Assembly: GCA_965261595.1 (NCBI GenBank)
Contig: CBDHDG010000005.1
Coordinates: 64,001-128,000, forward strand
Direction: 5' to 3'
DNA from: a bacterium
GTDB taxonomy: Bacteria; UBA8248; JACPRG01; G963555815
DNA: 64,000 nt
How positions within the stretch are numbered: position 1 is the first letter of the stretch; each line of letters begins with the position of its first letter. The translations under genes were made by a program, and so were the position numbers. Below, in pieces: positions 52,426 through 63,890 of this stretch. The notes under the pieces are model-generated. The model saw only the letters and a program-made list of their open reading frames with translations. It ran no database searches and had not been told where the DNA came from.

Positions 52426-53973
52426 GTGACGTCACTGGTACGTCTTGAAGGAATCACCAAGCAATTTGGCCGGGTGGTGGCCAACGACCATGTGGACTTT
52501 GACCTGAACCCCGGAGAAGTCCACGCCCTCCTGGGAGAAAACGGCGCCGGCAAGACCACGCTGATGGGCATTCTGTATGGACTCCTCCCGCCGGACGAGG
52601 GGACCATTTACCTTCAGGAAGAGCCGGTCTCGTTCCGATCTCCCCACGATGCCGTGGCCCGCGGGATCGGTATGGTCCATCAGCACTTCATGCTCATCCA
52701 GCCCTTCACCGTCGCCGAGAACATCATGCTGGGCGTACGGTCGTCACGGGGACTCCTGCTGGACGCCAAGGCCGTCAAGTCACGACTGGCCACCCTCTCC
52801 CGAGAATACGGCCTTCAGGTTGACCCGCAAGCGACGGTCGCAGAGTTATCCGTTGGGGCACAGCAGCGGGTGGAGATCATCAAAGCCCTGAACCGAGAGC
52901 CCCGCATCCTGATCCTGGACGAACCCACATCGGTGCTCACCCCTCAGGAGGTCACCGATCTGTTCGGCGTTCTGCGCGCGCTCAAGGACAAGGGGCTTTC
53001 GGTCATCTTCATCAGCCATAAGTTGAACGAGGTCATGGACATCAGCGATCGAATCACCGTCCTTCGGGACGGGAAGGTGATCCGGGCCGTTCAAACAAAC
53101 GAGACCACGAAAGAGGCGCTGGCGCAAATGATGGTCGGCCGGGAAGTCTCGCTGACGGTCAAAAAGTCTTCGCGGAACCCCGGCGCTCCGCTCCTGCGGG
53201 TCGACGATCTTGAAGTCCTGAGCGACCGAGGGACCTCGGCCCTGGCCCGGGTCTCGTTTTCTGTCCGGTCTAGAGAAATCTTCGGCATTGCGGGCGTTGC
53301 GGGGAACGGTCAAACCGAGCTGGCGGAGGTCATTACGGGATTGCGACCCGCGGCAGGAGGACGAATCACCCTGGCCGGAGAAAACATCATGGAGCGAAAA
53401 AGCCGGGACCTATCCAATCACGGCTTGGCCTACATCCCCGAGGACCGGTTGGAGCAGGGACTCGCCAAAGGGCTTTCCGTCGCTGAGAACTCCATTCTCG
53501 GGTTTCATCGGTCCCCTCCCTTCAATCGATGGGGATTTCTCAGCCGTGAGGTCCAACCCCACGCCGAACGTCTCGTCGAGGAGTTCGATGTGACCACCGT
53601 GAACACGGAAGTCCCGATTCGTTTTCTCTCAGGCGGAAATCAACAAAAGATGATTCTCGCCCGTGAGTTGCACGCCGGGCCGGGTTTCATCGTCGCCGTC
53701 CAACCGACGCGAGGGCTCGATATCGCGGCCACGGAGTTCGTCCATCGCCGCCTGCTCGAGGAGCGGGAACGGGGCGCCGGGATTCTCCTGATCTCGACGG
53801 ACCTCTCCGAGGTCCTCGCCCTGAGCGACCGGGTGGGCGTCCTGTACCAAGGGGAGCTGATGGATGTGGTCTCCCGTCCGGAGGAACATCTCGAAGAGAT
53901 TGGGTTGATGATGGCGGGTACGCGGACGGCCTCGTCGCATGCAGCCCATTGGGCGGGGTCCGAGGGATCCTGA
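52426..53973 (+). CDS. ABC transporter ATP-binding protein (CUT2/nucleoside type, two domains)
   Basis: GENGAGKT, LSVGAQQRVEI, LSGGNQQK, QPTRGLD. Confidence 0.93.
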   Translation: MTSLVRLEGITKQFGRVVANDHVDFDLNPGEVHALLGENGAGKTTLMGILYGLLPPDEGTIYLQEEPVSFRSPHDAVARGIGMVHQHFMLIQPFTVAENIMLGVRSSRGLLLDAKAVKSRLATLSREYGLQVDPQATVAELSVGAQQRVEIIKALNREPRILILDEPTSVLTPQEVTDLFGVLRALKDKGLSVIFISHKLNEVMDISDRITVLRDGKVIRAVQTNETTKEALAQMMVGREVSLTVKKSSRNPGAPLLRVDDLEVLSDRGTSALARVSFSVRSREIFGIAGVAGNGQTELAEVITGLRPAAGGRITLAGENIMERKSRDLSNHGLAYIPEDRLEQGLAKGLSVAENSILGFHRSPPFNRWGFLSREVQPHAERLVEEFDVTTVNTEVPIRFLSGGNQQKMILARELHAGPGFIVAVQPTRGLDIAATEFVHRRLLEERERGAGILLISTDLSEVLALSDRVGVLYQGELMDVVSRPEEHLEEIGLMMAGTRTASSHAAHWAGSEGS

Positions 53974-55046
53974 TGGCCCGGCTCTCTCAGATGCGATGGC
54001 GATACGGGATCGTAACCGCCATCCAGGCGCTGGTCCCACTCTGGGCCGTTCTGGCCGCACTGATCGTGGGTGGGTTTCTGATCGCAGCGACGGGTGCGAA
54101 CCCCTTCCACGCCTACCGGTCTCTCGTCATCGGGGCGTTTGGCAGCGTATACGGCCTGAGCGAGACGGTGGCCCGGACCTGTCCTCTCCTCTTTGCCGCA
54201 CTGGGGACCGCAATCTGTTTTCGGGCCAAGATCTACAACATCGGTGCGGAGGGTCAGCTCTACATCGGGGCATTAATGGCCACGATGACCGCTCTGTGGA
54301 TTGGAGACGCCCTGGGCCCTTTCTCGATCCTTCTGGTGATTGCCGGGGGGTTTCTCGGCGGAGCGGTTTGGGGAGGTATTGCCGGATTTTTGAAGGCCCG
54401 CTGGGGGGCGAATGAAATCATCACCACCATCATGTTCAATTACATTGCCATCTACGTGGCGGGGTTCTTCGTCAACGGCCCATTAAGAGATCCCGAAGGG
54501 GCGTTTCCGTGGACCCCCATCTTCGCGACCCACGCTCAACTCCCGAGACTTCTGGCGGGCACTCGTCTTCACGCCGGCGTCCTTGTCGCATTGGCCGCAT
54601 CCTTCGTCGTTTTCCTGCTGCTCCGAAAGATGGTCATCGGATATGAGATTTGTGTGGTCGGCGAGGGGGAACGGGTGGCCCGATATGGTCGCATCCCCGT
54701 CGAGCGAATCATTGTGGGCGCAATGATTCTGGGAGGCGGATTTGCCGGGCTGGCCGGGATGAACGAGGTAGCGGGGATCCACCACCGAATGCTGGAACAT
54801 ATCTCCCCGGGATTTGGATACACGGCCATTGCAGTGGCTCTCCTGGGCGAACTGCATCCCATGAAGATCATCCTGGCGGCATTCCTTTTCGGCGCCCTTG
54901 AGATCGGCAGCAGTGCCATGCAGTATGAGGCCAAGGTCCCCGCGGCCATGGTGTTGGTGATCGAGGGCCTGATCGTCATCTTCGTCATCGGCCGGGCCTT
55001 CCTGACCCGGAGGCTCCCGCGGCTCCCGCCCTTACCGGGGACGTAG
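53973..55046 (+). CDS. ABC transporter permease
   Basis: NIGAEGQ, NEIITTIMFNY. Confidence 0.9.
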   Translation: MARLSQMRWRYGIVTAIQALVPLWAVLAALIVGGFLIAATGANPFHAYRSLVIGAFGSVYGLSETVARTCPLLFAALGTAICFRAKIYNIGAEGQLYIGALMATMTALWIGDALGPFSILLVIAGGFLGGAVWGGIAGFLKARWGANEIITTIMFNYIAIYVAGFFVNGPLRDPEGAFPWTPIFATHAQLPRLLAGTRLHAGVLVALAASFVVFLLLRKMVIGYEICVVGEGERVARYGRIPVERIIVGAMILGGGFAGLAGMNEVAGIHHRMLEHISPGFGYTAIAVALLGELHPMKIILAAFLFGALEIGSSAMQYEAKVPAAMVLVIEGLIVIFVIGRAFLTRRLPRLPPLPGT

Positions 55047-55051
55047 TCGTC

Positions 55052-55993
55052 GTGGAAGCATTTCTCAAAGAGGCCTTTTGGGTCAGTTTCCTCTTCGCCA
55101 CCATTCGCATGGCGACTCCCCTTCTGCTTGCGTCCCTGGGCGAGATTGTGAGCGAGCGGTCCGGGGTCTTCAATATCGGGCTTGAAGGGATGATGCTCAT
55201 GGGGGCCTTCTGCGGGTTTCTCGGATTGTCCCTGACGGACAGTCTCTTGATCGGCATCCTGGCCGGGATGGCGGGGGGCCTCTTTCTGGCTATCATCAGC
55301 GCGTATTTGAGCGTGACGCTCGGGGTGGATCAGATCGTGAGCGGGATTGCCCTCAACATCTTCGCTGTCGGGTTTACCAGTTCTTTTTATCGCATCATTT
55401 TCGGCCTGACTCCGCCTCAAGTGGAGTCGAGTCGCATGGTCCCCCTGGGAATCCCCTGGCTCAAAGATCTCCCGTTCTTTGGGTCCATCTTCTTCAAACA
55501 GGTACCGCTGGTTTATGTGGCCTTTGCACTCGTGCCCTTCCTCTGGTTCATCCTGTTCCGCACGACCATCGGACTTCAGGTTCGAAGCCTCGGAGAGCAC
55601 CCGCTCGCAGCAGACATTGCGGGGATCAAGGTGGCGCCGCTTCGATATCTGTCGGTCCTCTTGGCCGGGCTCTTCGCGGGTCTCGGGGGCGCCTATCTGT
55701 CTCTGGGTCCGCTCAACCTGTTCAGCGACAATATGATCGCGGGCCGCGGATTCATCGCCCTGGCCGTGGTCATCTTTGGACGCCTGAATCCGTTCGGAGC
55801 GCTGGGCGCAGCCCTTCTGTTCGGAGCCACCGAGGCCCTGCAACTGAGGCTTCAGGTCATAGGCCTGGATATCCCCTATCAATTCCTCTTGATGCTGCCA
55901 TACGTTGCGACCGTCGTGGCCCTGATCGGCTTGATTGGGAAGACACGGCTTCCGGCGGCTTTAGGGGTCCCCTACAATGCATCCAACCGCTGA
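55052..55993 (+). CDS. ABC transporter permease
   Basis: ERSGVFNIGLEG, AGRGFIALA, PAALGVPY. Confidence 0.9.
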   Translation: MEAFLKEAFWVSFLFATIRMATPLLLASLGEIVSERSGVFNIGLEGMMLMGAFCGFLGLSLTDSLLIGILAGMAGGLFLAIISAYLSVTLGVDQIVSGIALNIFAVGFTSSFYRIIFGLTPPQVESSRMVPLGIPWLKDLPFFGSIFFKQVPLVYVAFALVPFLWFILFRTTIGLQVRSLGEHPLAADIAGIKVAPLRYLSVLLAGLFAGLGGAYLSLGPLNLFSDNMIAGRGFIALAVVIFGRLNPFGALGAALLFGATEALQLRLQVIGLDIPYQFLLMLPYVATVVALIGLIGKTRLPAALGVPYNASNR

Positions 55994-56045
55994 TTCCGTT
56001 TTCAGGATGACGAGAAAGTCATCCCTGTAGAGGAGGTTCCCCCTC

Positions 56046-58157
56046 TTGTACTCGGTGGGCGTTGATATTGGCGGCACGTTCACGGATGTGGTCGTCTTGG
56101 ACGAGGAAGGAAATCTTCGGACGTATAAGACCTCCTCCACGCCGGCCGACCTGGGCGAGGGGGTTGTCGAGGGTCTTCGCCTGGCGGCATCCGGCTTGGA
56201 TCTTACGCTGGAGCAGCTCCTTACCGATACGGCCTACTTTGGGCACGGAACCACCGCCGCGACCAACGCCTTCATCGAGCGAAAAGGCTCCAAGACGGGT
56301 CTCATCACGACCCGAGGTTTCGGGGATACGCTCTTGATCCAGCGCATGCTCGGGATGACGGCCGGGCTTCGTGAGGAGCAGATGTCCCGCTACAGCCTCA
56401 GAGCGTACCCGGATCCCCTCATCCCACCTGAGATGATTTTCGAAGTGACGGAGCGCGTGGATTACAAGGGGGCGGAAATCGTGCCGATTCAGGAAGAGGA
56501 TGTCCGGCATGCCGCCCGTGCCTTGGCAAACGCCGGCGTCCGGACCGTGGCCGTTTGTCTCCTTTGGTCCTTCAAGAATCCGGCCCATGAGCGCCGGGTT
56601 CGGGAGATTTTCCACCGAGAGGCCCCGGAGATCGAAATCAACCTGTCGAGCGACGTCATTCCCGTCATCCGCGAGTACGAACGGACGGCGACGACGGCCA
56701 TCAACGCCTATCTCCGCTCCGTCATCGGGACGTATATCGGCCGGCTTCAAACGGGGCTTCAAGACAAGGGGCTGAAAGGCCCCTTCCTGATCATGAATTC
56801 CATCGGAGGGGTCGTCACCGCGGACGAAGCCCCCACCAAGGCCGTGACGCTTCTCACCTCCGGGCCGACAGGAGGCGTCGTCGGCTCTCTTTCCCTGGGC
56901 AAGGTGTTGGGCCATTCCCACATCATTACGACCGATATGGGCGGGACGAGTTTCGACGCGGGTCTCATTGTAGAAGGACGGCCGCTTCTTTCAACCATCA
57001 CGACCGTCGAGAAGTATCACATCCTGACTCCAATGATCAGCATTGACACGATCGGGGCCGGAGGAGGTTCCATTGCCCGCGTGGAGGGGGGACATCTGAG
57101 GGTCGGTCCGGAAAGCGCGGGGGCCGATCCCGGGCCGGTTTGCTATGGTCGCGGCGGGGAACGCCCCACAGTCACGGATGCCGACTTGGTTCTCGGAATT
57201 CTGAACCCGGACTATTTCCTGGGGGGGCGAATCCCTCTCGACCGCCCGAAGGCGGAGGAGGCGATCCGGAGGCACGTTGCCGAACCTCTGGGGATTTCGG
57301 TGCCGGAGGCCGCGGCGGGGATCCGGAGGGTCATTGACAACCGGATGGCCGATCGGCTCCGGCGGCTCACCCTCGAGAAGGGTCATGACCCAAGAGACTT
57401 CGTGCTGTATGCCTACGGAGGCGCCGGACCGGTCCATTGCACCGCCTACGGCGCGGAGCTTCACGTCCAGAAGATCCTGGTCCCCGTGACGGCGACGGTT
57501 CATTCCGCGTTCGGGGCCGTGGCCTCAGACCTTCATTACACCTTTGAAATTTCAGACTTAATGCGGACCCCCGCTCACTTCGATGTGGCGTCCAAGCACC
57601 TGCCTCCCGGGCGGATCAACGAGATCTTCGAAATGCTGGAGGAGCAGGGCCGTCGAGCCTTGGAGGCCAACGAGATTCCCCCGGATCGCATGCGGTTATA
57701 TCGAAGCACTGACTTCCGATTTCGCCGTCAGACAAACGAAGTGCTCATCCCCACCCCGGACGGGGAGCTCAATGAACAGGCCGTGGATTCATTGGTAGCG
57801 GATTTCGAGGCGCGATATGAGCAGCTGTACGGACCTGGATCGGCTTTTCGGGAGGCGGGCATAGAGATCACCACCTTCCGGGTCGAAGCCGTCGGGCTGA
57901 TGAACCCCTGTCAGCTCCGGGAGTACCCCCTCGAGAAAGGCGAAGCCGAGGCCGCGCGGAAAGAGACCCGCGACGTCTATTTTCCAAAACAGGGCGGAAG
58001 CGTACCCACACCCATCTATGAGGGCGAAGCCCTCCGGGCCGGATGGACCATTCCGGGACCGGCCATCATCGAATATCCGGGGACCACGATCGCCGTGGGG
58101 CCTTCTCAGAAGGCCGCTCTGGACCCATTCCTCAACGTCGCGATAGAGGCCCTCTGA
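56046..58157 (+). CDS. Hydantoinase/5-oxoprolinase A subunit
   Basis: DIGGTFTD, HGTT, DMGGTSFD, GAGGGS, GADPGP. Confidence 0.93.
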   Translation: MYSVGVDIGGTFTDVVVLDEEGNLRTYKTSSTPADLGEGVVEGLRLAASGLDLTLEQLLTDTAYFGHGTTAATNAFIERKGSKTGLITTRGFGDTLLIQRMLGMTAGLREEQMSRYSLRAYPDPLIPPEMIFEVTERVDYKGAEIVPIQEEDVRHAARALANAGVRTVAVCLLWSFKNPAHERRVREIFHREAPEIEINLSSDVIPVIREYERTATTAINAYLRSVIGTYIGRLQTGLQDKGLKGPFLIMNSIGGVVTADEAPTKAVTLLTSGPTGGVVGSLSLGKVLGHSHIITTDMGGTSFDAGLIVEGRPLLSTITTVEKYHILTPMISIDTIGAGGGSIARVEGGHLRVGPESAGADPGPVCYGRGGERPTVTDADLVLGILNPDYFLGGRIPLDRPKAEEAIRRHVAEPLGISVPEAAAGIRRVIDNRMADRLRRLTLEKGHDPRDFVLYAYGGAGPVHCTAYGAELHVQKILVPVTATVHSAFGAVASDLHYTFEISDLMRTPAHFDVASKHLPPGRINEIFEMLEEQGRRALEANEIPPDRMRLYRSTDFRFRRQTNEVLIPTPDGELNEQAVDSLVADFEARYEQLYGPGSAFREAGIEITTFRVEAVGLMNPCQLREYPLEKGEAEAARKETRDVYFPKQGGSVPTPIYEGEALRAGWTIPGPAIIEYPGTTIAVGPSQKAALDPFLNVAIEAL

Positions 58158-58166
58158 GGGGAAGCC

Positions 58167-60353
58167 ATGGAAACCGTCAACACTCCAATCGATCCTGTCA
58201 CCCTCGAAGTCGTCAAACACAAGCTGTGGGCCGTGCCGGAAGAGCAGGCCATCACTTTGAAATCCGTCTCCGGTTCCCCCATCGTGACCGAGGCCAACGA
58301 TTTCAATACCGGCCTGTATCTGGCTGACGGGTCCATTGTGAAGATGAGTCATCAGGTCATCCTGCACGCGGGTTCCATGTCCCAAGTCATTAAGTACACC
58401 TTGCAGGACTGCGCGGAGAATCCGGGCATCGAAGACGGAGACATGTTCATCGTCAATGACCCCTACAAGGGCGCCCTTCACCCGCCGGACGTCTCGATCG
58501 TGGCCCCCATCTTCGTCGACGGAGATCTGTTCGCGTGGGTCGGGGCATGTGCTCACCAAATCGATGTGGGCGGCATGGACCCGGGTAGCTGGTGCTCGCG
58601 GGCGACCGAAAGAATTCAGGAGGCCATGGTCATCCCCCCGGTCAAGCTGGTCGAGGGAGGGAAGGTGAGAAATGACATCTGGAACATGATCCTCTCGATG
58701 TCCCGTCTCCCTTTCGTGGTGGGCCTGGACCTACGGGCGATGATCGCAGCGAATAACGTGGCCAAGAGGCGATTTCTCGAGATCACCCAACGGTACGGAG
58801 CGGAAACCGTTCGCCGGGTCATGGACGAATTGATCCGGTTTTCGGAGCGGCAGTTCAGGGACCGGCTCCGGGGGCTCCCCGACGGCGTCTACCGGGCCGT
58901 CGATTTCCTCGATCACGACGGACATGAAAACCGCCTCTACAAGGTGGCCCTCGATGTTCGAAAAGAGAAGGACCACCTGATCTTCGATTTCAGCGGAACC
59001 TCCGCGCAGGCGCCCGGCTTCATCAACTGTACGGAGTCGGGGCTGATTGGAGGGGTCGCGGCGGGGGCCTTCACTATTTTGGCCTACGAGATCCCTTGGA
59101 CCGAGGGGTTGCTGAAACCCATGGAAATCGTGGCGCCCCCCGGCACCCTCTGCAACGCGCTTCCGCCCGCGCCGAACAGCATGTCTTCGGTGGCCGGCAC
59201 GCATGTCGTGGAGAACGTCGTCATTTCGGCGCTCTCCAAACTGGTTCAAACGAAAGAGGAACATCGCTCGGAGGCCCAGGGGGTCTCCCGCGGTGGCGTC
59301 TCCGTCCTCACGCTGTCGGGGAAGAATCAGTACGGCGAGCCCTTTGGCACCTACCTGCTCGACGCATCGGCGGGAGGCGGTGGCGCCCATTCATTCCGGG
59401 ACGGCCTCAACGCGACCGGGAGCTACCACAACCCGACGCCCAACATTGCAAACGTCGAAACCAACGAAAACTTCTCTCCCATCCTGTATCTGAACCGGAG
59501 ACTGATTCCCGATTCCGGAGGTCCTGGGTACCACCGCGGCGGTCTGGCCTGCGGGCTCGCCTTCGCCCTGCACGATGTGGAAAGCCTGAACGGGGTCCTC
59601 GTCTCCCACGGGGTCGAAGTGCCCAACTCGGCCGGCATCTTTGGCGGCTTCCCCGGGTCCTGCATCGTGAACGGGGTGTTTCGCACATCGGACGTCAGGG
59701 TGCAATTCGGCGACGGGCGATACCCCTCGGACAGCAGCGAGCTGGAAGCGCAGTGGGATTGCCTCGGCGCCAAACCGGGACGAATCCAGCTTCACGAGGA
59801 TGACGTGCTGGAGTACACCTGGCAGGGCGGCGGGGGCTATGGGGACCCGCTCAATCGCGAACCCGAGAGGGTGGCGCGCGACGTGGCCCGCCGCTGGGTG
59901 ACTTCCGAATCGGCCCGGACCCTCTACGGCGTCGTATTCAAAGACAGCGCCTTCGAGGTGGACGCCCACGCCACAGAGGCCGAGCGTAAAAAGATTCGGC
60001 AGAAAAGGCTCAAGAACCGGCCGGCCGGTTTCAAGCATCGCCCGTCGGAGGATGAGGCCGAGGTGATTCTACCGCTGGGCTATTCTGTCGAACTCATCCG
60101 GCAAGGGCCTGACAACCGGGTCCGGTGCCGCAAATGCCGGCACATTCTGGGTCCGGCATCCGAGAACTGGAAACATCATTCCGCAAGGGCCGTTGTTCCG
60201 CCGGACTCCGCCGGCCCGCTCATTCGCTTGCATGAGGAACTGGAGCTCCGCGAGTTTTCGTGCCCCAACTGCGGAACGCTCCTCAGCCTGGACGTCGCCC
60301 GGAAAGAGGATCCCGATCTGTTCGATATCGAAATTCCAAACCAAGGAAGTTAA
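58167..60353 (+). CDS. Hydantoinase/5-oxoprolinase B subunit with C-terminal Zn-ribbon domain
   Basis: NDPY..HPPD, HQIDVGG, GGGGYGDP; C-terminal CRKC...CPNCG. Confidence 0.92.
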   Translation: METVNTPIDPVTLEVVKHKLWAVPEEQAITLKSVSGSPIVTEANDFNTGLYLADGSIVKMSHQVILHAGSMSQVIKYTLQDCAENPGIEDGDMFIVNDPYKGALHPPDVSIVAPIFVDGDLFAWVGACAHQIDVGGMDPGSWCSRATERIQEAMVIPPVKLVEGGKVRNDIWNMILSMSRLPFVVGLDLRAMIAANNVAKRRFLEITQRYGAETVRRVMDELIRFSERQFRDRLRGLPDGVYRAVDFLDHDGHENRLYKVALDVRKEKDHLIFDFSGTSAQAPGFINCTESGLIGGVAAGAFTILAYEIPWTEGLLKPMEIVAPPGTLCNALPPAPNSMSSVAGTHVVENVVISALSKLVQTKEEHRSEAQGVSRGGVSVLTLSGKNQYGEPFGTYLLDASAGGGGAHSFRDGLNATGSYHNPTPNIANVETNENFSPILYLNRRLIPDSGGPGYHRGGLACGLAFALHDVESLNGVLVSHGVEVPNSAGIFGGFPGSCIVNGVFRTSDVRVQFGDGRYPSDSSELEAQWDCLGAKPGRIQLHEDDVLEYTWQGGGGYGDPLNREPERVARDVARRWVTSESARTLYGVVFKDSAFEVDAHATEAERKKIRQKRLKNRPAGFKHRPSEDEAEVILPLGYSVELIRQGPDNRVRCRKCRHILGPASENWKHHSARAVVPPDSAGPLIRLHEELELREFSCPNCGTLLSLDVARKEDPDLFDIEIPNQGS

Positions 60354-60476
60354 TCCCAATCTCGGTTGATCCAACAATCACCGCCGGACGCCAACCAAAC
60401 TCCCCTCTTTTCAACGACCGGTCTTGCATCGCACCGACCGAAAATTTCTTGCCCTCACTTTTGGAAAAGATAGAGC

Positions 60477-60503
60477 GGGGTCAGGTCTCACATTCCTACA
60501 TTT
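60477..60503 (-). repeat. 27-bp inverted repeat, right copy
   Basis: GGGGTCAGGTCTCACATTCCTACATTT on the plus strand. Confidence 0.8.
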
Positions 60504-60583
60504 AAGATAAAAACCGTTCACCAAGGATACAGAACTAAGCTGAAATCCGAATCCTTAGTGGGCTTTCAAACGCAACACTTTAA

Positions 60584-62251
60584 CCCGCATTTCCCATATG
60601 GATCATAAGTTTTGTCGGACCGAATGCCGTTTTCTCGTGTAAGATCAAGGTGTTGGCCTCTCCCTGCCATCATCTTGCGAGGGGACCCAATGGGTGAAGC
60701 GAAGAAGGGGGCTTTGAAGATCCGTTTTGACCGTCGGCTGAGGCTTGAGTTTCACGGAACCAGAATCACTTCGGATGCGGGATTGCTGGCCTGCCGGGAG
60801 CTGGATGATGCGCTGGGTTTGACGGTGAGAGCGCCAGTGCAATTGCAAGAGATCCGTCATGGCCGGAACATCCAGCATGAGTTGGCGCCGCTATTGCGCC
60901 AGTCGGTCTATAGCCGCTTGGCAGGGTATGAAGACACCAACGATGCCGAGCGGTTGGCCCAGGACCCCGCGATGCAAGCCGTGGTCGGCCGCCGAGCGCT
61001 TGAGAAGCAGGCGGCGGGCGCCAACACCCTGAGCCGGTTCGAGACCGAGGCTCTCACCAGGGAGGAGAATCTCAAGGGGCCGGAGCGAGCTGAACCGGGA
61101 GTGGGTGGACCGGGCCATGGCACACTCACCCCATCAGCGAATCATCCTGGACATGGACAGCTCGGAAAGCCCCGTCCATGGGGAGCAGGAAGGTACGGCC
61201 TACAACGGCCACTTTCGTTGCACCTGTTATCACCCTCTTTTTTGCTTTAACCAGTTCGGGGACTGCGAAGGGGCGATGTTGCGCCCCGGCAACGTGCACA
61301 GCGCCGATGGCTGGCGCGAGTTGCTTTCGCCCATCGCGGCCCGGTATGAGCGGGCGGGTGTTCGCCGTTACTTCCGAGCCGATGCCGCCTTTGCGCGCCC
61401 GGAGGTCTATGAGTGCCTGGAAGCGCACAGCTTCCATTACGCCATCCGCCTTCCCGCCAACGACGTGGTGCAGCGAGAGATCGACTTCCTCCTCACCCGC
61501 CCGGTCGGTCGCCCGCCCAAGAGACCCATCATCTTCTATTACGACTTCCGGTATCAGGCTGGAAGCTGGGACCGTTCCCGGCGGGTCGTGGCGAAGGTGG
61601 AATGGCACTCAGGCGAACTCTTCCCTCGCGTCGGATTCATTGTCACGAACCTGACGGCTCGACCCGAGGGGGTCGTGCACTTCTACAACCAGCGAGGCAC
61701 AGCCGAGCAATGGATCAAGGAAGGCAAGTACGCCCTGAACTGGACACGCCTTTCCTGTCACCGGTTCGTGTGCAACCAGGTGCGGCTCCTTCTCTTCGTC
61801 CTGGCGTACAACCTGGGCAATTTCCTGCGCAGGCTAGCCTTGCCCAGGGGGCTCAAGCACTGGTCGCTGCGAAGCCTCCAGGTCAAGCTCATCAAAATGG
61901 GCGGGAGGATTGTGCGGCACGCCCGGCAGATCATCTTTCAATTGGCCGAAGTAGCGGTATCCAGGGAAGAGTTCGCCATCATCCTGGACCGAATCAACCG
62001 ATTACGGCCGGTGCCGGTCTAACCTTGTGCAGAGGGTTCCCGGCAGCATGAGGTGATTGGTTAACGGGTTGAACCGCGAACAAAGGGGACCGAAGGGCGA
62101 GGGTCCGCCTTTTGGGGCAGTCGATGGCCGTCAGCACCTTGTTGCGGAGGGTTGGAAGGCTCTTGACAAACCCATCGGAAGGGGATCAACTGGTTTTCAT
62201 CGGGAAAGGGGACCGGAAACCACCCAAGCAAGTTGATATGGGAAATTCCGG
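60584..62251 (+). mobile_element. IS1380-family element A, copy 4
   Basis: 1668 bp; same IRs and frameshift. Confidence 0.93.
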
Positions 62252-63890
62252 TTGAAGTACATAACACCGAGATTGTGCTGGCCCAAGGCGTGGCCCTTCA
62301 GTGCAGACTTGCGATACCACTTCACCGCCTGAGCGTAGTCTCGGTCTACACCTCGGCCTTTATCGTACATAGCGCCGAGATTGGATTGCCCAAGGGCGTG
62401 GCCCTTCAGTGCGGCCTTGTGGACCGCCCCTGGGTTATTGGACACTCGGGTGAGGGTATTCGACCTCATGCGGCCTCCGCAACTTGAGCGAGTTTTTCCT
62501 GCCTTGCCTGGGCCGGCGTTCGGTAGCCGTAGCCCTCGAGAATCCAATGATGGTTGTACAGGTTCTTGAACTCAAGCAGCGCCCACCGCAGTTCCTCTAC
62601 GGTGGCGAAAGAGCGCACCCACAGGAGATTCTCCTTCAAGATGCGGATGAACCACTCACAGTAGCCATTTCCCTCGGGCGCCCGCACGAAGCTGGGCGAA
62701 CTGGTCATGCCCAGGTAGGCGATCTCCCGCTGAAAGTCATCGGACAGATAGGCGGGGCCGTGGTCGTGACGAACTTTAAGCCCCTCGGCGACATCCGCCT
62801 CCAAGCCGGCGAAGCGCTCGGCGACCCCCTGCCGGATCGGCTCCAGGGCCTCGAAGCGGTTGCCGCTCTTGGCCGCATGGATCCCCACGCAGTCCACCGA
62901 GCAGTGATCCACCGCCACGAACACCGAGGCCATCCCCTCCTCGGTGGTCACCGTCGTCGTCATGTCCGTGCCCCACATTCGGTCGGGCCGCTCGGTGCGG
63001 ATGGTCCCGTTGTGGGCCTTGGGACCTCGGGGTTTGCCCACCCGGTGGGGGGCCTGAAGCCCCGCCTCCCGCATCAGGCGACGCACCCGCTCCTTGCTGG
63101 TGCGGATGCCCGCGAAGCGCAGCCTCGCCCACACCTTGCGGTAGCCCTCGCCATGGAAGGGAGAGTCCTCCAGGACCTGCCGGATGTGGCCGAGGAGTTC
63201 CGCATCGGTGCACGGGCCCACAGGGCCGCGCTTATTGGGCGTGGGGCGTTCATGAACGGGGACCGCCTCTCGCCGCCGTTGCGCGTAGACCGTGGAGCGC
63301 GCCAAGCCCCAAAGGGCGCACACCCGCTTCAGGCCGTAGGCTCTGCCCGTGGAGGTGAAGCGGGCCTGACTCATCGCCTCCACCTCCTGCCGGCTAAAGG
63401 GCGGCCGGCCTCCAGGCGGTCGATCTTCTCCCGCAGGACCTCGCCCTCCATCGTGAGTTCGCCCACCTTGGCCTTGAGCCGGGCGTTCTCCTCGGCCCGC
63501 TCATCCGCCGGGCGGGCTTTGAGCGCCGCCTCGCCCCCGCGAAGGAACGCCTCGCGCCAGGCGGAAAGCCGAGCCGCTGTCGTGCCCAACTCGCGGCAGA
63601 GCGTCTCCAGGCTCTCGCCCCGCAAAAGACGCAGGACCGCCTCCCGCTTGCGCTGGCAGGAGAACCGACCCCGCTCACTGCGATGCCCTGGGGCCTTGGC
63701 TCCGTTCGCCCTGCGGGCGCCCTCCGCCAAAGCCCCCTCTTGCTTTTGTTCGTTCATCGCGACACCCCTTTCTCCATGAATCATGGATCAATCGAGTGTC
63801 CAACAAAACCCTAGAGCGGGGGACTTGCTATACCACTTCACCGCCTGAGCGTAGTCTCGGTCCACACCATGACCGTTTTCGTATTCAATT
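62252..63890 (-). pseudogene. Sel1-repeat protein fragment, split by IS3-B and cut by IS1380
   Basis: YENGHGVDRDYAQAVKWYSK|AALKGHALGQSNLGAMYDKGRGVDRDYAQAVKWYRK. Confidence 0.85.
62420..63823 (-). mobile_element. IS3-family element B, copy 3
   Basis: 1404 bp; TSD CTTG. Confidence 0.95.

Noticed and set aside
43570..62256. Matching TTGAA flanks as evidence of inversion between IS1380-A copies
   Set aside because: The flanks belong to unrelated genes (IS407 orfB and Sel1); better explained by AT-rich target preference
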